Positions 10,400-20,296 of a DNA stretch of 64,000 nt are shown one piece after another; the stretch's first letter is position 1, and every line of letters starts with the position of its first letter. Under the pieces are notes generated by a model, which saw nothing but the letters and a program-made list of their open reading frames with translations, was not told the DNA's origin and made no database searches. The position numbers and the translations under genes are program-made. Origin of the DNA: an uncultured Candidatus Saccharibacteria bacterium. Its GTDB lineage: Bacteria > Patescibacteriota > UBA1384 > XYA2-FULL-43-10 > 1-14-0-10-43-13. The stretch covers positions 422,755-486,754 of the forward strand of contig CAZIYE010000001.1 in assembly GCA_964543385.1 (NCBI GenBank). Direction: 5' to 3'.

Positions 10400-10663
10400 A
10401 TGAGTACGTCAATCATTGTCGCTTGCGCCATTGGAAATCAAAGTTTCGAGCTAAAAGCGGAGAGCTTATCAGTATGGCTTGAAGCAAAGGCTCTTTCTGA
10501 GAGAATTGAGGTAACAATTTTAGCAGCGCCAGAAGAATATCAAAGTCTTATTAACACTAAGATCTTTGCATATTTAAACGGCGAAACAATAACCGTCGAC
10601 ATACCAAAAAGCGGAAAATTTCACCTGCGCCAGACAGGATTCTTCTTTCCGCACCGTCCGTAG
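10400..10663 (+). CDS. Small hypothetical protein (87 aa)
   Basis: GGAGGT RBS before the ATG, followed by a stem-loop; no recognisable motif. Confidence 0.4.
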   Translation: MSTSIIVACAIGNQSFELKAESLSVWLEAKALSERIEVTILAAPEEYQSLINTKIFAYLNGETITVDIPKSGKFHLRQTGFFFPHRP

Positions 10664-10698
10664 AACCCACCCTTGCACAAGATGCCACGGTGGGTTCT
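10662..10698. terminator. Stable stem-loop between convergent genes (AGAACCCACC ... GGTGGGTTCT, 17-nt loop)
   Basis: Perfect 10-bp inverted repeat. No clear U-tract, so terminator function is uncertain. Confidence 0.35.
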
Positions 10699-10711
10699 TG
10701 CCTTATTAGGG

Positions 10712-12196
10712 CTATTTTATAAAGTTTAATGCGATTACTGCCATAACTGCTATTGCAGCAAAGGCAAAGGCTGCCCAGCCAAACACTTTTACCCAAGTTG
10801 GGTGAGTTTCCCTGCCCATAATACGCTTGTCATTACCGACAACCATTATTACAAAGAGAAGCGGAACAGCGATCACACCGTTTAGAAACGCTGAATAATA
10901 AAGCGCCTTCATCGGATTAATGCCTATAAAGTTTATAGCAAGACCAATAAGGATAGACAGAGTAATAACACAATAGAATGCCTTCGCACGGGAAAATTTA
11001 TTTTCAAGCCCCTCTCTCCAATTCATTAACTCTGCTAACGCATACGCTCCCGATCCTGCGAGGACCGGGATTGCCAGTAAACCCGTGCCGACAATTCCTA
11101 AGGCAAACAGCAGAAAGGCTTGATCGCCAGCAAATGGCTTTAGTGCCATTGCCGCTTGCTCGGCAGATTCAATATTGAATATACCATTAGCATTTAACAC
11201 CTTGGCCGTCGTCAATACTATGAAGAAAAAAGTAAGATTAGCAAAAATCATGCCAGTGCGAACATCTGTCCTCATCCGACCGATTCTATCATTTAGTTTA
11301 TGAGAAATAGGCTCCCCATCTTCGTCCACCTTTGCTTTACCAACTAATTTATTTTCTTCCACTTCCTCCGATGCTTGCCAAAAGAAAAGATATGGGCTGA
11401 TAGTAGTACCAAAAACCGCAATTATCGCAAATACATAAGTCTTGTTAAAAGACATCTGTGGAATCAAAGCCTCTTTAAAAACCATGGCCCAATCAGGGTG
11501 TATTATAAATCCAGTGATGATATAGGCGAAAAGAGAAAGAGTCAGCCATTTCAAAATTTTTGAATAATGCCTATAAGGGATTAGTATTTCGATAGCGATA
11601 ATCAATACCGTTAAAGCAATAGCTACGACAGCGAAATTAATTGGTATTAGAAGTCTTATTGCAGCTGCCATTGCTGAAATATCAGCACCAATATTGGCGA
11701 CATTAGCGACAATAAGTAAGGCAACTATGACAAAAACAATCCATTTTTTGTAATGTCGAAGCAAGACACCAGCTAAACCCTTGTTTGTAACAATCCCGAT
11801 ACGAGCACAAGCCTCCTGGACAGCAGTCATAAGTGGCAGCAACCATGGAGCAAGCCAAATAAGGCCAAAACCAAACTGCGCACCGACAGAGGAGTATGTA
11901 CCTATACCAGAAGGATCATCATCGGCAGCTCCGGTTATAATACCAGGACCGAGTGCCTTGAAAAAAAGCTTTGTTCTATGCCATGGATTTTTGAGGAATA
12001 CCTTGGTTTCTTCCAACTCACCTTCAGTAATCCGAATAGTACCATCTGCTGCCTTGACTACCTCAACATAACCCCAAACTATTAGTTTTCTGGCTAGAAT
12101 TAGTGGGATGCCTAGTTCGTGTCTGAATTCCGACAGAGTGAAAAGTTTAGTCTGAGAAGCTTTATCATTAAATTTGCTATTTTTATCTTGCAACAT
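10712..12196 (-). CDS. mntH: NRAMP-family divalent metal (Mn2+/Fe2+) transporter with an about 80-aa N-terminal cytoplasmic extension
   Basis: GPGIITGAADDDPSGIGTYSSVGAQFGF is an NRAMP signature; about 11 TM helices; 494 aa. Confidence 0.8.
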   Translation of the reverse strand: MLQDKNSKFNDKASQTKLFTLSEFRHELGIPLILARKLIVWGYVEVVKAADGTIRITEGELEETKVFLKNPWHRTKLFFKALGPGIITGAADDDPSGIGTYSSVGAQFGFGLIWLAPWLLPLMTAVQEACARIGIVTNKGLAGVLLRHYKKWIVFVIVALLIVANVANIGADISAMAAAIRLLIPINFAVVAIALTVLIIAIEILIPYRHYSKILKWLTLSLFAYIITGFIIHPDWAMVFKEALIPQMSFNKTYVFAIIAVFGTTISPYLFFWQASEEVEENKLVGKAKVDEDGEPISHKLNDRIGRMRTDVRTGMIFANLTFFFIVLTTAKVLNANGIFNIESAEQAAMALKPFAGDQAFLLFALGIVGTGLLAIPVLAGSGAYALAELMNWREGLENKFSRAKAFYCVITLSILIGLAINFIGINPMKALYYSAFLNGVIAVPLLFVIMVVGNDKRIMGRETHPTWVKVFGWAAFAFAAIAVMAVIALNFIK

Positions 12197-12273
12197 GTCC
12201 CCTCACTATAATTAGTGTTCGAATGAAGTAAGAGATATCCAGCTCAAGCTCTAATTTGCAACCAAACAATAAT

Positions 12274-13143
12274 CTATTTATCATTTATAGCTTTAGTTAA
12301 AGAAACCCACTCTTCGAGCGATAGTTCCTGTGCTCGGACATTCTCAGATAATCCGATTGACTTAATTATATCGGCTGCATTTTTCTTGTCTATATGATAA
12401 CCAGACGACAAATTATTAACCAAAGTCTTCCTACGTGAGGAGAAGCCAACTTTGATAGCTCGAAAAAGAACATCTTCTGACGTCTCTGACAATACATAAT
12501 TTATATCCGATATTTTTAAAATTGCCGAGTCAACATCAGGAGATGGAAAAAATGACTCTCGTGGTACGATGCCAATTATTTCCGGTTTCCCATATGCCTG
12601 GACAGACAAGGCCAACACGGACATATCTCCTGGCTTAGCACATATACGCTCAGCTACCTCTTTTTGTACCAGCAAAACAATGCTTTTGGGTTTATTGGGG
12701 GTAGTTAGAAAAAGTTTTATTATTTTTGAAGTAATATAGTATGGAATATTGGCGATGACTTTATATTTCCTGTCTCCAACCAATTCAGGAATATTTATTT
12801 TAAGAATGTCTGAATTGAGCACTAGTAATTTACTATCATGATTCAATAAAGTCGGTTGAGAAACAGCAATCCTATATTTGGATGCTAATAACTCTGCTAG
12901 TTTATCATCAATCTCTACTGCGGCCACCTTTCCTGCCTTCTCTATTAATTCTTCAGTCAACGTACCTAATCCCGGCCCCACTTCGATTACTAAATCGTCT
13001 TGTCCGAGATCAGCTGCGTGTATAATTTTATTGAGAGCATCTCGATCAACTAAAAAATTTTGTCCAAGGCCATGCTTGGCCCAAAGACTATTTGATTTTA
13101 GATACTCGAGTAATTCCGTTTTATTTGTGAGATCAATAGACAT
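12274..13143 (-). CDS. rsmA: 16S rRNA (adenine1518/1519-N6)-dimethyltransferase
   Basis: HGLGQNFLVD...VIEVGPGLGTLTE matches KsgA/RsmA SAM-binding motifs; 289 aa. Confidence 0.9.
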   Translation of the reverse strand: MSIDLTNKTELLEYLKSNSLWAKHGLGQNFLVDRDALNKIIHAADLGQDDLVIEVGPGLGTLTEELIEKAGKVAAVEIDDKLAELLASKYRIAVSQPTLLNHDSKLLVLNSDILKINIPELVGDRKYKVIANIPYYITSKIIKLFLTTPNKPKSIVLLVQKEVAERICAKPGDMSVLALSVQAYGKPEIIGIVPRESFFPSPDVDSAILKISDINYVLSETSEDVLFRAIKVGFSSRRKTLVNNLSSGYHIDKKNAADIIKSIGLSENVRAQELSLEEWVSLTKAINDK

Positions 13144-13170
13144 TTTTAATTTTATGGAATTAATTAGGAA

Positions 13171-14169
13171 TTATTTGAATGTTCCAGGCCACCTGCCAGC
13201 ATATCCATGAGTCAGAGCCCAGGCGGTCGTATAAATCTGTGCTTTGGGATCTTTCCAGCTAGCACCTGCATATCCCGCTTTTTTACTAGCATCAGCCCAA
13301 AATCCTTCTGTATACTGAAATAATCCTAAATGTCCTCCGCCAGAAACAGACTCAACATTACCACGACTTTCAACTCGCATAAGATTACAAAGTCTATCAG
13401 GATCAAGCCCATTATTGATTGAGGCATCCAGAACAAGATCATTATATTTACACCACACGGTAATTACCGGTTTCGTACCAATTATTTGTATTTCATCAAC
13501 TGGAGCTGTAGTAACTTCACTACCTATGAGTTTCCGAGAAATTTCTATTCCATCCTCTCTTACTAGGCGATAGGTCAAAGTCCTAATCCCAGACTGTCCC
13601 TTCTGCTCGATTTTACTCTTGCCTTTATCTAGTGTCTTATCTTCTTTTTTTATCGTTTTAAAGGCAACCGGCTCTGTCTTATTTATATTTGTTATAGCTA
13701 CACGGATAATATTTATTTCCATGCCCAGCTCTAACTCGGTACTTTCTGCAAAATTGATTTTGTCGTCATTACCAAGAGCAATATCTGCTTCCCGGAGAAG
13801 ATTACCAACAGTAGTAACCCAGCTTCTTTTTTGAAGATGCTTTTTTCCGTCAACAATGATATATTCTGGAGCCTTATAAATAGTGATCTTACTACCAATA
13901 CCCATTTTTATATCAGGGAAAGCGGTAAATTTATCCTCTTTATGCGGATCTGCACCAAGCTCAGCAGCAATAGCAAATGAATTTTGGGACTTACTAGCGC
14001 CAGAATATCTAGAATAATCACCGTTGGGCATATAGGTTTCGACAATATAAGGTCTTGGAAATTGCTGATTAGCAATCACCTTACTCTCAACCAAAGGACT
14101 TGAGGAAAAAGTTATATAACCAGCAGGAACAATCAAGCCTGCAAGCAAAAATTTGAAATTAAATTTCAT
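13171..14169 (-). CDS. Secreted G5-domain plus lytic transglycosylase (SLT/Rpf-like) cell-wall hydrolase
   Basis: Signal peptide MKFNFKFLLAGLIVPAG. Central G5-like segment. C-terminal ...VESRGNVESVSGGGHLGLFQYTEGFW resembles the SLT catalytic ES...GLMQ motif. Start trimmed to the ATG at 14169. Confidence 0.6.
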   Translation of the reverse strand: MKFNFKFLLAGLIVPAGYITFSSSPLVESKVIANQQFPRPYIVETYMPNGDYSRYSGASKSQNSFAIAAELGADPHKEDKFTAFPDIKMGIGSKITIYKAPEYIIVDGKKHLQKRSWVTTVGNLLREADIALGNDDKINFAESTELELGMEINIIRVAITNINKTEPVAFKTIKKEDKTLDKGKSKIEQKGQSGIRTLTYRLVREDGIEISRKLIGSEVTTAPVDEIQIIGTKPVITVWCKYNDLVLDASINNGLDPDRLCNLMRVESRGNVESVSGGGHLGLFQYTEGFWADASKKAGYAGASWKDPKAQIYTTAWALTHGYAGRWPGTFK

Positions 14170-14249
14170 GTCTATGAGTATTTTACCAAACGATATGACT
14201 TTAAACAATATTGGCCGCCTTAATAAGGCGGCCACACAGGATTACCTGG

Positions 14250-14492
14250 TCAATAATTATAATCGTTTGCCCTTCTTACTGTTTCAGGGTCATAGGAGAA
14301 TAAATCATCCAGGCATTTTGGTGTACTGCAAAGCAAACACCATAGTTTTTCCAACGCCATGAAAGTGATAGCCAATGACATGATGGCGTGAATAATGAAT
14401 ATGATCGAGATATTACCCCTCATAATCCCCTCCTCAGAAGCAGTCATTCTACATCTGATAATATTTTTAACACGAAATTTAAAGAAGCACAA
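14250..14492 (-). CDS. Small hypothetical protein (TTG start per ORF track)
   Basis: 80-aa ORF, no RBS or motif support. Confidence 0.2.
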   Translation of the reverse strand: MCFFKFRVKNIIRCRMTASEEGIMRGNISIIFIIHAIMSLAITFMALEKLWCLLCSTPKCLDDLFSYDPETVRRANDYNY

Positions 14493-14895
14493 TAAAATAC
14501 ACGCTTTTTAATAAATTAATCAACTATAAAATAGATAATCTGCAAATGAGCAAGTATTTTAAAATAAGATTCCTGCAATAAATGTCTTACTTAAAATAAG
14601 TATTACAGCTCTGTGACAAGACGCTATCTCAAACCGCTCATGATTCCAGGCTTAATCAGAAATCTTTGGCGAGTTGCGATCACCTGCCAGTAGCAGAAAA
14701 CCCCTAGTAATAGAAACTATAAATCCCCTCCGATCCCCGTAATCACTCAGGGTATCGAGGCATATTTATTATCTGTCTAATAAATATTTTTGTCAATTAG
14801 TTGATAGGTCCGCATATATAATGTCAAGGTCCCGGCAGATAAATCTACCGGGACCGTGATCTCCCACTCCTTCCTAAACTGTAGTTTGCACTCTC

Positions 14896-15846
14896 CTATC
14901 TGGAGAGCTCATGATCGATTTCCGATAACCGTGCTTTCATATCAGTTTCGTCCTGATCGACAAAGGCAACCTTCTGTTTTGCCGCTTCCCACTCAACTTT
15001 CTTGCGATCAGTCTCTGCTTGAGCAGTACTTCGACGCTTCGGCACTTCGCCCAACCGACGATTGAGATCTTCCCGCTCCTTTTTGAGACGGACAAGCATG
15101 TCAGCAGCGGCAAGTTCCCAGAAATGCAACGATGGCATAAAGCCGTCTTCGTTCTCGGGGTACAAGACTCCGTTGCGAATGAGAATATGCAGGAGATACT
15201 TGAAGTCGGGAACCGTCAATTCCTGATGAAGCGCCGACTTAAGCGCAGCCTTGATCGACTCCAACCGGTATGGACCCTCTCCGCTATCCGATAGGTAACT
15301 GCACACTTGGCTCATCACGGCGAATTTGGTGATTTGCTCCCCGAGACGCTCCCTAACAAGCTGACGCTGTTCGAACCGTTGAACATCGCGGTGCTTACGC
15401 TTCCTACTGAGTGCAGCGATTTCTTCCTCGAGCTGACGATCAGACTCTTTTACATACCTCTCACAAGTTGCCACATAGTTTGGCTTCACGATCGCCAGGA
15501 ATCCACACGCTCCGGCATAAGAATCAAAGACCATGCAGACTGACCATTGCTGGTCAGACCCTTGTGGACGAACCCGCAGCTCGACGTAATCACTTCCATC
15601 GAACTTGAACCCGAAGAGCGCACTCACACCATGCATTTCGCCTATTGTCCTGATGGGCTTTACGTAGAGGATCGCCTTTTTACAAGCAATCTCGTTGTAA
15701 CCCAGGACATCAGCGAGCCAACGATCGATCTCATCAACTAGACCTTGGATGTCGATCTGATGGTCCCACTTGTCGTCGAGGATCAATTCGATCTGTCGTG
15801 ACCGATTCTCTTGCTGTGATAACCCCAGCCATTTTGCAATGTTCAT
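14896..15846 (-). CDS. GC-rich hypothetical protein (about 316 aa), charged coiled-coil-like C-terminal region
   Basis: GC about 52% against about 37% background. ATG at 15846 preceded by AGGGGAAG RBS; the ORF-track GTG at 15885 is less likely. No recognisable domain. Confidence 0.6.
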   Translation of the reverse strand: MNIAKWLGLSQQENRSRQIELILDDKWDHQIDIQGLVDEIDRWLADVLGYNEIACKKAILYVKPIRTIGEMHGVSALFGFKFDGSDYVELRVRPQGSDQQWSVCMVFDSYAGACGFLAIVKPNYVATCERYVKESDRQLEEEIAALSRKRKHRDVQRFEQRQLVRERLGEQITKFAVMSQVCSYLSDSGEGPYRLESIKAALKSALHQELTVPDFKYLLHILIRNGVLYPENEDGFMPSLHFWELAAADMLVRLKKEREDLNRRLGEVPKRRSTAQAETDRKKVEWEAAKQKVAFVDQDETDMKARLSEIDHELSR

Positions 15847-15940
15847 TGCTACTTCCCCTTGTGTAACAAAAATCACTGCTTGCACTATTGCAAAGCAGTT
15901 GCATAATACTATACTATTTTTAGATCAATTTGTAAATGAC

Positions 15941-17902
15941 TTAGATGATGTCCAACAGACACTCCGGTATGTTTTCAATAAATCGTGATTTTGGATTACA
16001 CTGAAACCGACCGTAGATATTTCTCTCTGTCGCATAAATCATATATAAACGCTCTTTTGCCCTAGTAATACCGACATAACAAAGTCTTCGCTCTTCTTCC
16101 ATCTCAGAGACGTCCATTAAAGCTCGTGAGTGAGGAAATATTCCTTCCTCAACACCGACAATAAATACGGTCTGAAATTCCAAGCCTTTGGCCGAATGCA
16201 TGGTCATCAATGTAACGACACCGTCCTCATGATTTATCTGATCAGTATCAGAAACCAAAGCTACCTGCTCGAGAAATATATCCAAAACTGTCCTATCTTC
16301 TAGATCATCACTTGGAGCTGCTTCATAGTTTGCCTGTATCTGCTCTGCCACAGTAATTAGCTCAAGGACATTCTCCCACCTTCCTTCCCCTTCAGGTGTG
16401 CCGTCAAGAAGAGATTCTTTAAAACCAGTTTTTACCGCTATTTTTGAGATTAATTGATCTAAGGAAGTAACAAGTGACAGATTATAAAGCTCAGAAATAA
16501 TTTTGAAGAACTCAACAATCTTAGCAGGAAATTCTTTAGACATTTTATCCATTATTTTGTTATCTAAGGGACTTGTATCCTCAGTGTTTTGAGAAAAAAA
16601 TTCCCTTATCTTTTCGACTGTTTTGTCTCCAATACCGCGCGATGGAGCAGCAACCAATCTGGCAAAAGCCTCCATGTCCTTCGGATTGGCTAGAAAACGT
16701 AGATAAGCGATCATATCCTTGATCTCTTTGCGCTCATAGAAACGGACGCCGCCGACAACCTTATATGGGATCTTAAATCTTAGGAATGCTTCTTCTATAG
16801 CTCGAGATTGCGCGTTCGTCCTATACAAAACAGCGAAACTATTATAATCAGCGCCTCTATTATGCAGCGACCTTACCTCCATAGCCACAAATTCGGCCTC
16901 ATCTTTTTCATTTAAGGCCTCATAAATTGTAATCGGCGTCCCTTCGGAGTTTTCTGTCCAAAGCTTTTTATCTGTTTTATTTTCGTTAAACTTAATAACA
17001 TCATTTGCAGCAGCAAGAATTGTTTTTGTTGACCGATAATTTTGTTCAAGCTTTATTACTTTTGAGTCTTTATAATCCTTCTCGAAATTTAAGATGTTAC
17101 GAAAATTTGCACCTCTCCACGAGTAAATTGATTGATAATCATCGCCGACCACCATAATGTTTCGATGCTTTGAAGCCAGCAATTTAGTCCAGAGATACTG
17201 AGCTTGATTTGTATCCTGATACTCATCAATTAAAATGTATTTAAATAAATTCTGATATTTCTCTAAAACTGATGGATTGTTTTGGAATAAAAATACACAC
17301 TGCATTATCAAATCATCAAAGTCCATTGCATTAGCCTCTTTGAGATACCGCTCATACCGCTCAAAAACTTGTGAGGTCACTTTTTCGAAAGGAGAATTTA
17401 TATATTTCTTATATCCTGTGGCATCAATCAACTCATTCTTCGCCCCCGAAATAAAATAAGAGATCGATTTTGGATTGAAATTCTTTGGATCAATATTTAG
17501 TTCTTTCATTATCCTTTTAATAATAGAAAGCTGATCGTTGTCATCATAAATAGTAAAGCTCTTTGAATAACCCACATAGTCGGCCTCACGACGCAAAATC
17601 CTGACACAAATTGAATGAAATGTCCCAAGCCAAGGCAAGCGATAATTTAGTTCATCCCCGGCCCTCTCACCGACAATAAGCTTAGCGACTCTCTTCTCCA
17701 TTTCTTTGGCAGCCTTGTTCGTAAAAGTCACTGCCAAAATATGATAAGGCGAAACCTTTTTTTCTTTAATAAGATAGGCAATCCTATGAGTCAAAGCCTT
17801 TGTCTTGCCGCTACCAGCTCCGGCCAAAACAAGCAGGGGGCCCTCAGTCGTCATTACAGCATCAAGCTGTGGCTCATTTAGATTTTGTAATAATTCATTC
17901 AC
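15941..17902 (-). CDS. uvrD: ATP-dependent DNA helicase UvrD/PcrA (SF1)
   Basis: Walker A AGAGSGKT, motifs Ia-VI in order (TFTNKAA, DEYQDTN, GDDYQSIY, TMHSAKGLEF, VGITRA); 653 aa; host-like AT-rich composition. Confidence 0.9.
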   Translation of the reverse strand: MNELLQNLNEPQLDAVMTTEGPLLVLAGAGSGKTKALTHRIAYLIKEKKVSPYHILAVTFTNKAAKEMEKRVAKLIVGERAGDELNYRLPWLGTFHSICVRILRREADYVGYSKSFTIYDDNDQLSIIKRIMKELNIDPKNFNPKSISYFISGAKNELIDATGYKKYINSPFEKVTSQVFERYERYLKEANAMDFDDLIMQCVFLFQNNPSVLEKYQNLFKYILIDEYQDTNQAQYLWTKLLASKHRNIMVVGDDYQSIYSWRGANFRNILNFEKDYKDSKVIKLEQNYRSTKTILAAANDVIKFNENKTDKKLWTENSEGTPITIYEALNEKDEAEFVAMEVRSLHNRGADYNSFAVLYRTNAQSRAIEEAFLRFKIPYKVVGGVRFYERKEIKDMIAYLRFLANPKDMEAFARLVAAPSRGIGDKTVEKIREFFSQNTEDTSPLDNKIMDKMSKEFPAKIVEFFKIISELYNLSLVTSLDQLISKIAVKTGFKESLLDGTPEGEGRWENVLELITVAEQIQANYEAAPSDDLEDRTVLDIFLEQVALVSDTDQINHEDGVVTLMTMHSAKGLEFQTVFIVGVEEGIFPHSRALMDVSEMEEERRLCYVGITRAKERLYMIYATERNIYGRFQCNPKSRFIENIPECLLDII

Positions 17903-17919
17903 CTGCTTAACCCTTACTG

Positions 17920-17934
17920 CTTAATTCTTAATTC
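17920..17934. repeat. (CTTAATT)2 copy of the recurrent GAATTAAG motif, 18 bp upstream of the uvrD start
   Basis: Same 15-16-mer as at 25950-25977 and 62150-62200. Confidence 0.5.
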
Positions 17935-17977
17935 TGTTCGATTATATCGAATATACGAACAAATTCCAAACAAAACA

Positions 17978-18721
17978 TTGTTTCATATTCAACTAAATTA
18001 TTATTTGCGTTATATTAATTTAATGAGCAAAGTTTTAGTCAGTGTTACAACTTTAGAAAATCCCAAATGGGCAAAACAAGTAGAGGATCTGGCAAGATTC
18101 AATATAGATGAATTTGCAATTTTTATTTCTTGTTTAAATCCAACCGAACGTCAAGACCTTTATACTAAGCTTGAGAAGCTTAAATCCATCAAAGTTCCTT
18201 TCGCACATATTAGAACAGACGTAAATGATTCAGAACTGGAATATCTGGTTAAACGATTTGGCCTAGAACTTTGTAATATACATCCGAGTTCGGAGTTTGC
18301 CCTGCAATATGAGTGGAAAAAATATCGGAAAATTATACTGATAGAAAATGTTATACATTCAATAATTGATGAAGAAGAATTAAAAACCTTCGGTGGAATA
18401 TGCTTGGATACTGCTCATTTAGAAAACCATCGATTATCAGATATGCCCAAGTACGAATATACTGTAAAACTAATTCAAAAATATTCAGTCAAGGCTAACC
18501 ATATTAGTGGAATTTTGCATATTCCGGCTCACATAGACACCGGACATCCCGAAAGACTTTGTTATGACAATCACGATGTACACTCAATTACTGAATTTAA
18601 CTATCTAAAAAATTTTCCGAAAGATTACTTTGGCAAATATTTATCAATTGAAGTTGGAAATGATATTGAGGCTCAATTAAAGATAAAAGAATATATCAAG
18701 AAAGTTCTAAATATTAAGTAA
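17978..18721 (+). CDS. Hypothetical protein, possibly xylose-isomerase-like TIM-barrel (sugar-phosphate isomerase/epimerase or AP-endonuclease-2 fold)
   Basis: GGICLDTAHL resembles the ...CLDTCH/LDTAH metal-site motif of the xylose isomerase-like TIM-barrel family. Weak support. Confidence 0.4.
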   Translation: MFHIQLNYYLRYINLMSKVLVSVTTLENPKWAKQVEDLARFNIDEFAIFISCLNPTERQDLYTKLEKLKSIKVPFAHIRTDVNDSELEYLVKRFGLELCNIHPSSEFALQYEWKKYRKIILIENVIHSIIDEEELKTFGGICLDTAHLENHRLSDMPKYEYTVKLIQKYSVKANHISGILHIPAHIDTGHPERLCYDNHDVHSITEFNYLKNFPKDYFGKYLSIEVGNDIEAQLKIKEYIKKVLNIK

Positions 18722-18806
18722 AAGATCCAGTAAAAACAAAAAGAGCAAACCGCTCAAGCATCACCTCCTTACAGAGGTTCACTCTCTTCGCGATCCGCTC
18801 TCGGAT

Positions 18807-20063
18807 CTATTTTGTCATTGGCTGCTGCATAATGCTGGCATAGGGCAGGAAATCACCAACCCACCGCTCAATCGGTGTCGCGTCGAAGATGGTCCTCCCG
18901 AGAAGGGCGTTGCCAACGCTGGCAATCGCTTCCTCCATCATCCGAATGGAATGAACAGCGGCTTCGCCGATCTGTTTTTTGGTGCGGTAATGCGGAACGA
19001 GGTGTGCCTGCCAGGCATCATCATGATCGGCTTTTGCCTGCTCGATTGCATCGTAGATACCATAAACACGGAAGATCGCACGTTGGATCTCCTTGTTTGC
19101 CGGAATCATGTATACACGCCCATCGGGAGCTGTGTAGGCGAGCATGATCCTATTCTCATCGGGATTACAGGCGAAGTCGGTGAAGATCGGGAAACCGTTA
19201 ACGACCATACCCTCAGTTTTCCCGTCGATGCTCATGAGGCCCAGCGCCTTGCAGTAATCGCGCTGGTGACGAGCATTCTCTGCCACCGTTTTCCGCCAAG
19301 CCATAAAAGCCAGCGGATCAAGGTGCATCATCAGCCGCGCCTCATCTTCTGTCATAGTAGCATCACCTGCCGGCCGAAACTTCGTGTCGAAATTGATAGC
19401 CGGTTCGGCAATCATGTGGCCCGGATTGGGGATACAATCAAGACCGGCCGCCGCGAGTACCCGCACCATCGCCGGATCTTGCATGATCCCGGGGATAGCC
19501 CGAATCTCATCAAGCCCGACAATCGTATCGGCATAAGTAGCGATCTTCTCATACCGTTCTACCATGTTGGCCGCGCCAAAGATCTTCTTGAAGGTTGAGC
19601 TCCCGAGCGGGAACCCCCAACGATGAATACATTCTGCGTCAGCGACGAACACGTTGATATCGCCCGAGTTGATCAGTCGGTGATAAATCGCTCGCGTTTC
19701 GTCCGTTATCTTATCGCCGAAGACATGGGGGGTTACCCCCAGCTTCATAACAATGATATCGGAGAGTTCTCCGCGGTCCATCAACGTCTCCACATCCGTG
19801 ATCTTACCATCCTTGTCGAGCATACCGGCATAGGTATGTTGGAAACCGGCTGCAGAGGCCTGCTCCCAATACCGTGCCGACGTCATCGCCAAAATATAGT
19901 TCTTGTCACGGATCTCGATTGGGGGTATTAGCTCCTTGAGATCGCCGACCGAAAAGCGGCCGGATACCTGCCAGGCGCCAAGCCCCAACGAATTGAACCC
20001 CGGCTTTCGAAATAACCGGCCTCCAGGGCTGTCACCCTGAATTTGATCTTTCACTGAACCCAT
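18807..20063 (-). CDS. GC-rich hypothetical protein (about 418 aa), unknown function
   Basis: GC about 52-55%. Long antisense ORFs on the + strand are typical of high-GC coding DNA. ATG at 20063 (MGSVKDQ...) preceded by a GAGGAAG RBS. No confident family assignment; only a faint resemblance to SAICAR-synthase-like folds (FDTKF). Confidence 0.6.
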   Translation of the reverse strand: MGSVKDQIQGDSPGGRLFRKPGFNSLGLGAWQVSGRFSVGDLKELIPPIEIRDKNYILAMTSARYWEQASAAGFQHTYAGMLDKDGKITDVETLMDRGELSDIIVMKLGVTPHVFGDKITDETRAIYHRLINSGDINVFVADAECIHRWGFPLGSSTFKKIFGAANMVERYEKIATYADTIVGLDEIRAIPGIMQDPAMVRVLAAAGLDCIPNPGHMIAEPAINFDTKFRPAGDATMTEDEARLMMHLDPLAFMAWRKTVAENARHQRDYCKALGLMSIDGKTEGMVVNGFPIFTDFACNPDENRIMLAYTAPDGRVYMIPANKEIQRAIFRVYGIYDAIEQAKADHDDAWQAHLVPHYRTKKQIGEAAVHSIRMMEEAIASVGNALLGRTIFDATPIERWVGDFLPYASIMQQPMTK

Positions 20064-20255
20064 AATCACTTCCTCTCTCTTTTTCAAGAGATAGTCCATG
20101 CATCCATGCAAAAATATCTGACAGAGATCCTACTCGGCCACCAGTTGGAAAAGTACCTCCTCTAGATTGTATTAGATAACCAAACAAGGCACACACTATG
20201 TGCCCTGTTTCCAACTAATGTATACCAAATCAGACAATAAATTTCAATTTTGACA

Positions 20256-20296
20256 ACTAAAAAATCCCATCTGATTTCTCATTTGGGATTTTTTAG
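20256..20296. terminator. Bidirectional intrinsic terminator (AAAATCCCA-14 nt-TGGGATTTT flanked by A and T runs)
   Basis: 9-bp perfect stem, A-run upstream and T-run downstream; sits about 150 nt upstream of the start of the 18807-20063 gene. Confidence 0.6.

Noticed and set aside
15941-17902. UvrD-like helicase as a Gabija (GajB)-type defence helicase flanked by unknown genes
   Set aside because: It has the full PcrA/UvrD motif set and length, host-like AT-rich composition, and the same upstream GAATTAAG motif as dnaX and yidC. It is most likely the housekeeping repair helicase, and no GajA-like ATPase/nuclease is adjacent.
18875-19931. Three + strand ORFs (90, 215 and 102 aa) inside the 18807-20063 gene
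   Set aside because: These are antisense open frames typical of GC-rich coding DNA. The minus-strand frame is longer, has an RBS and is continuous.
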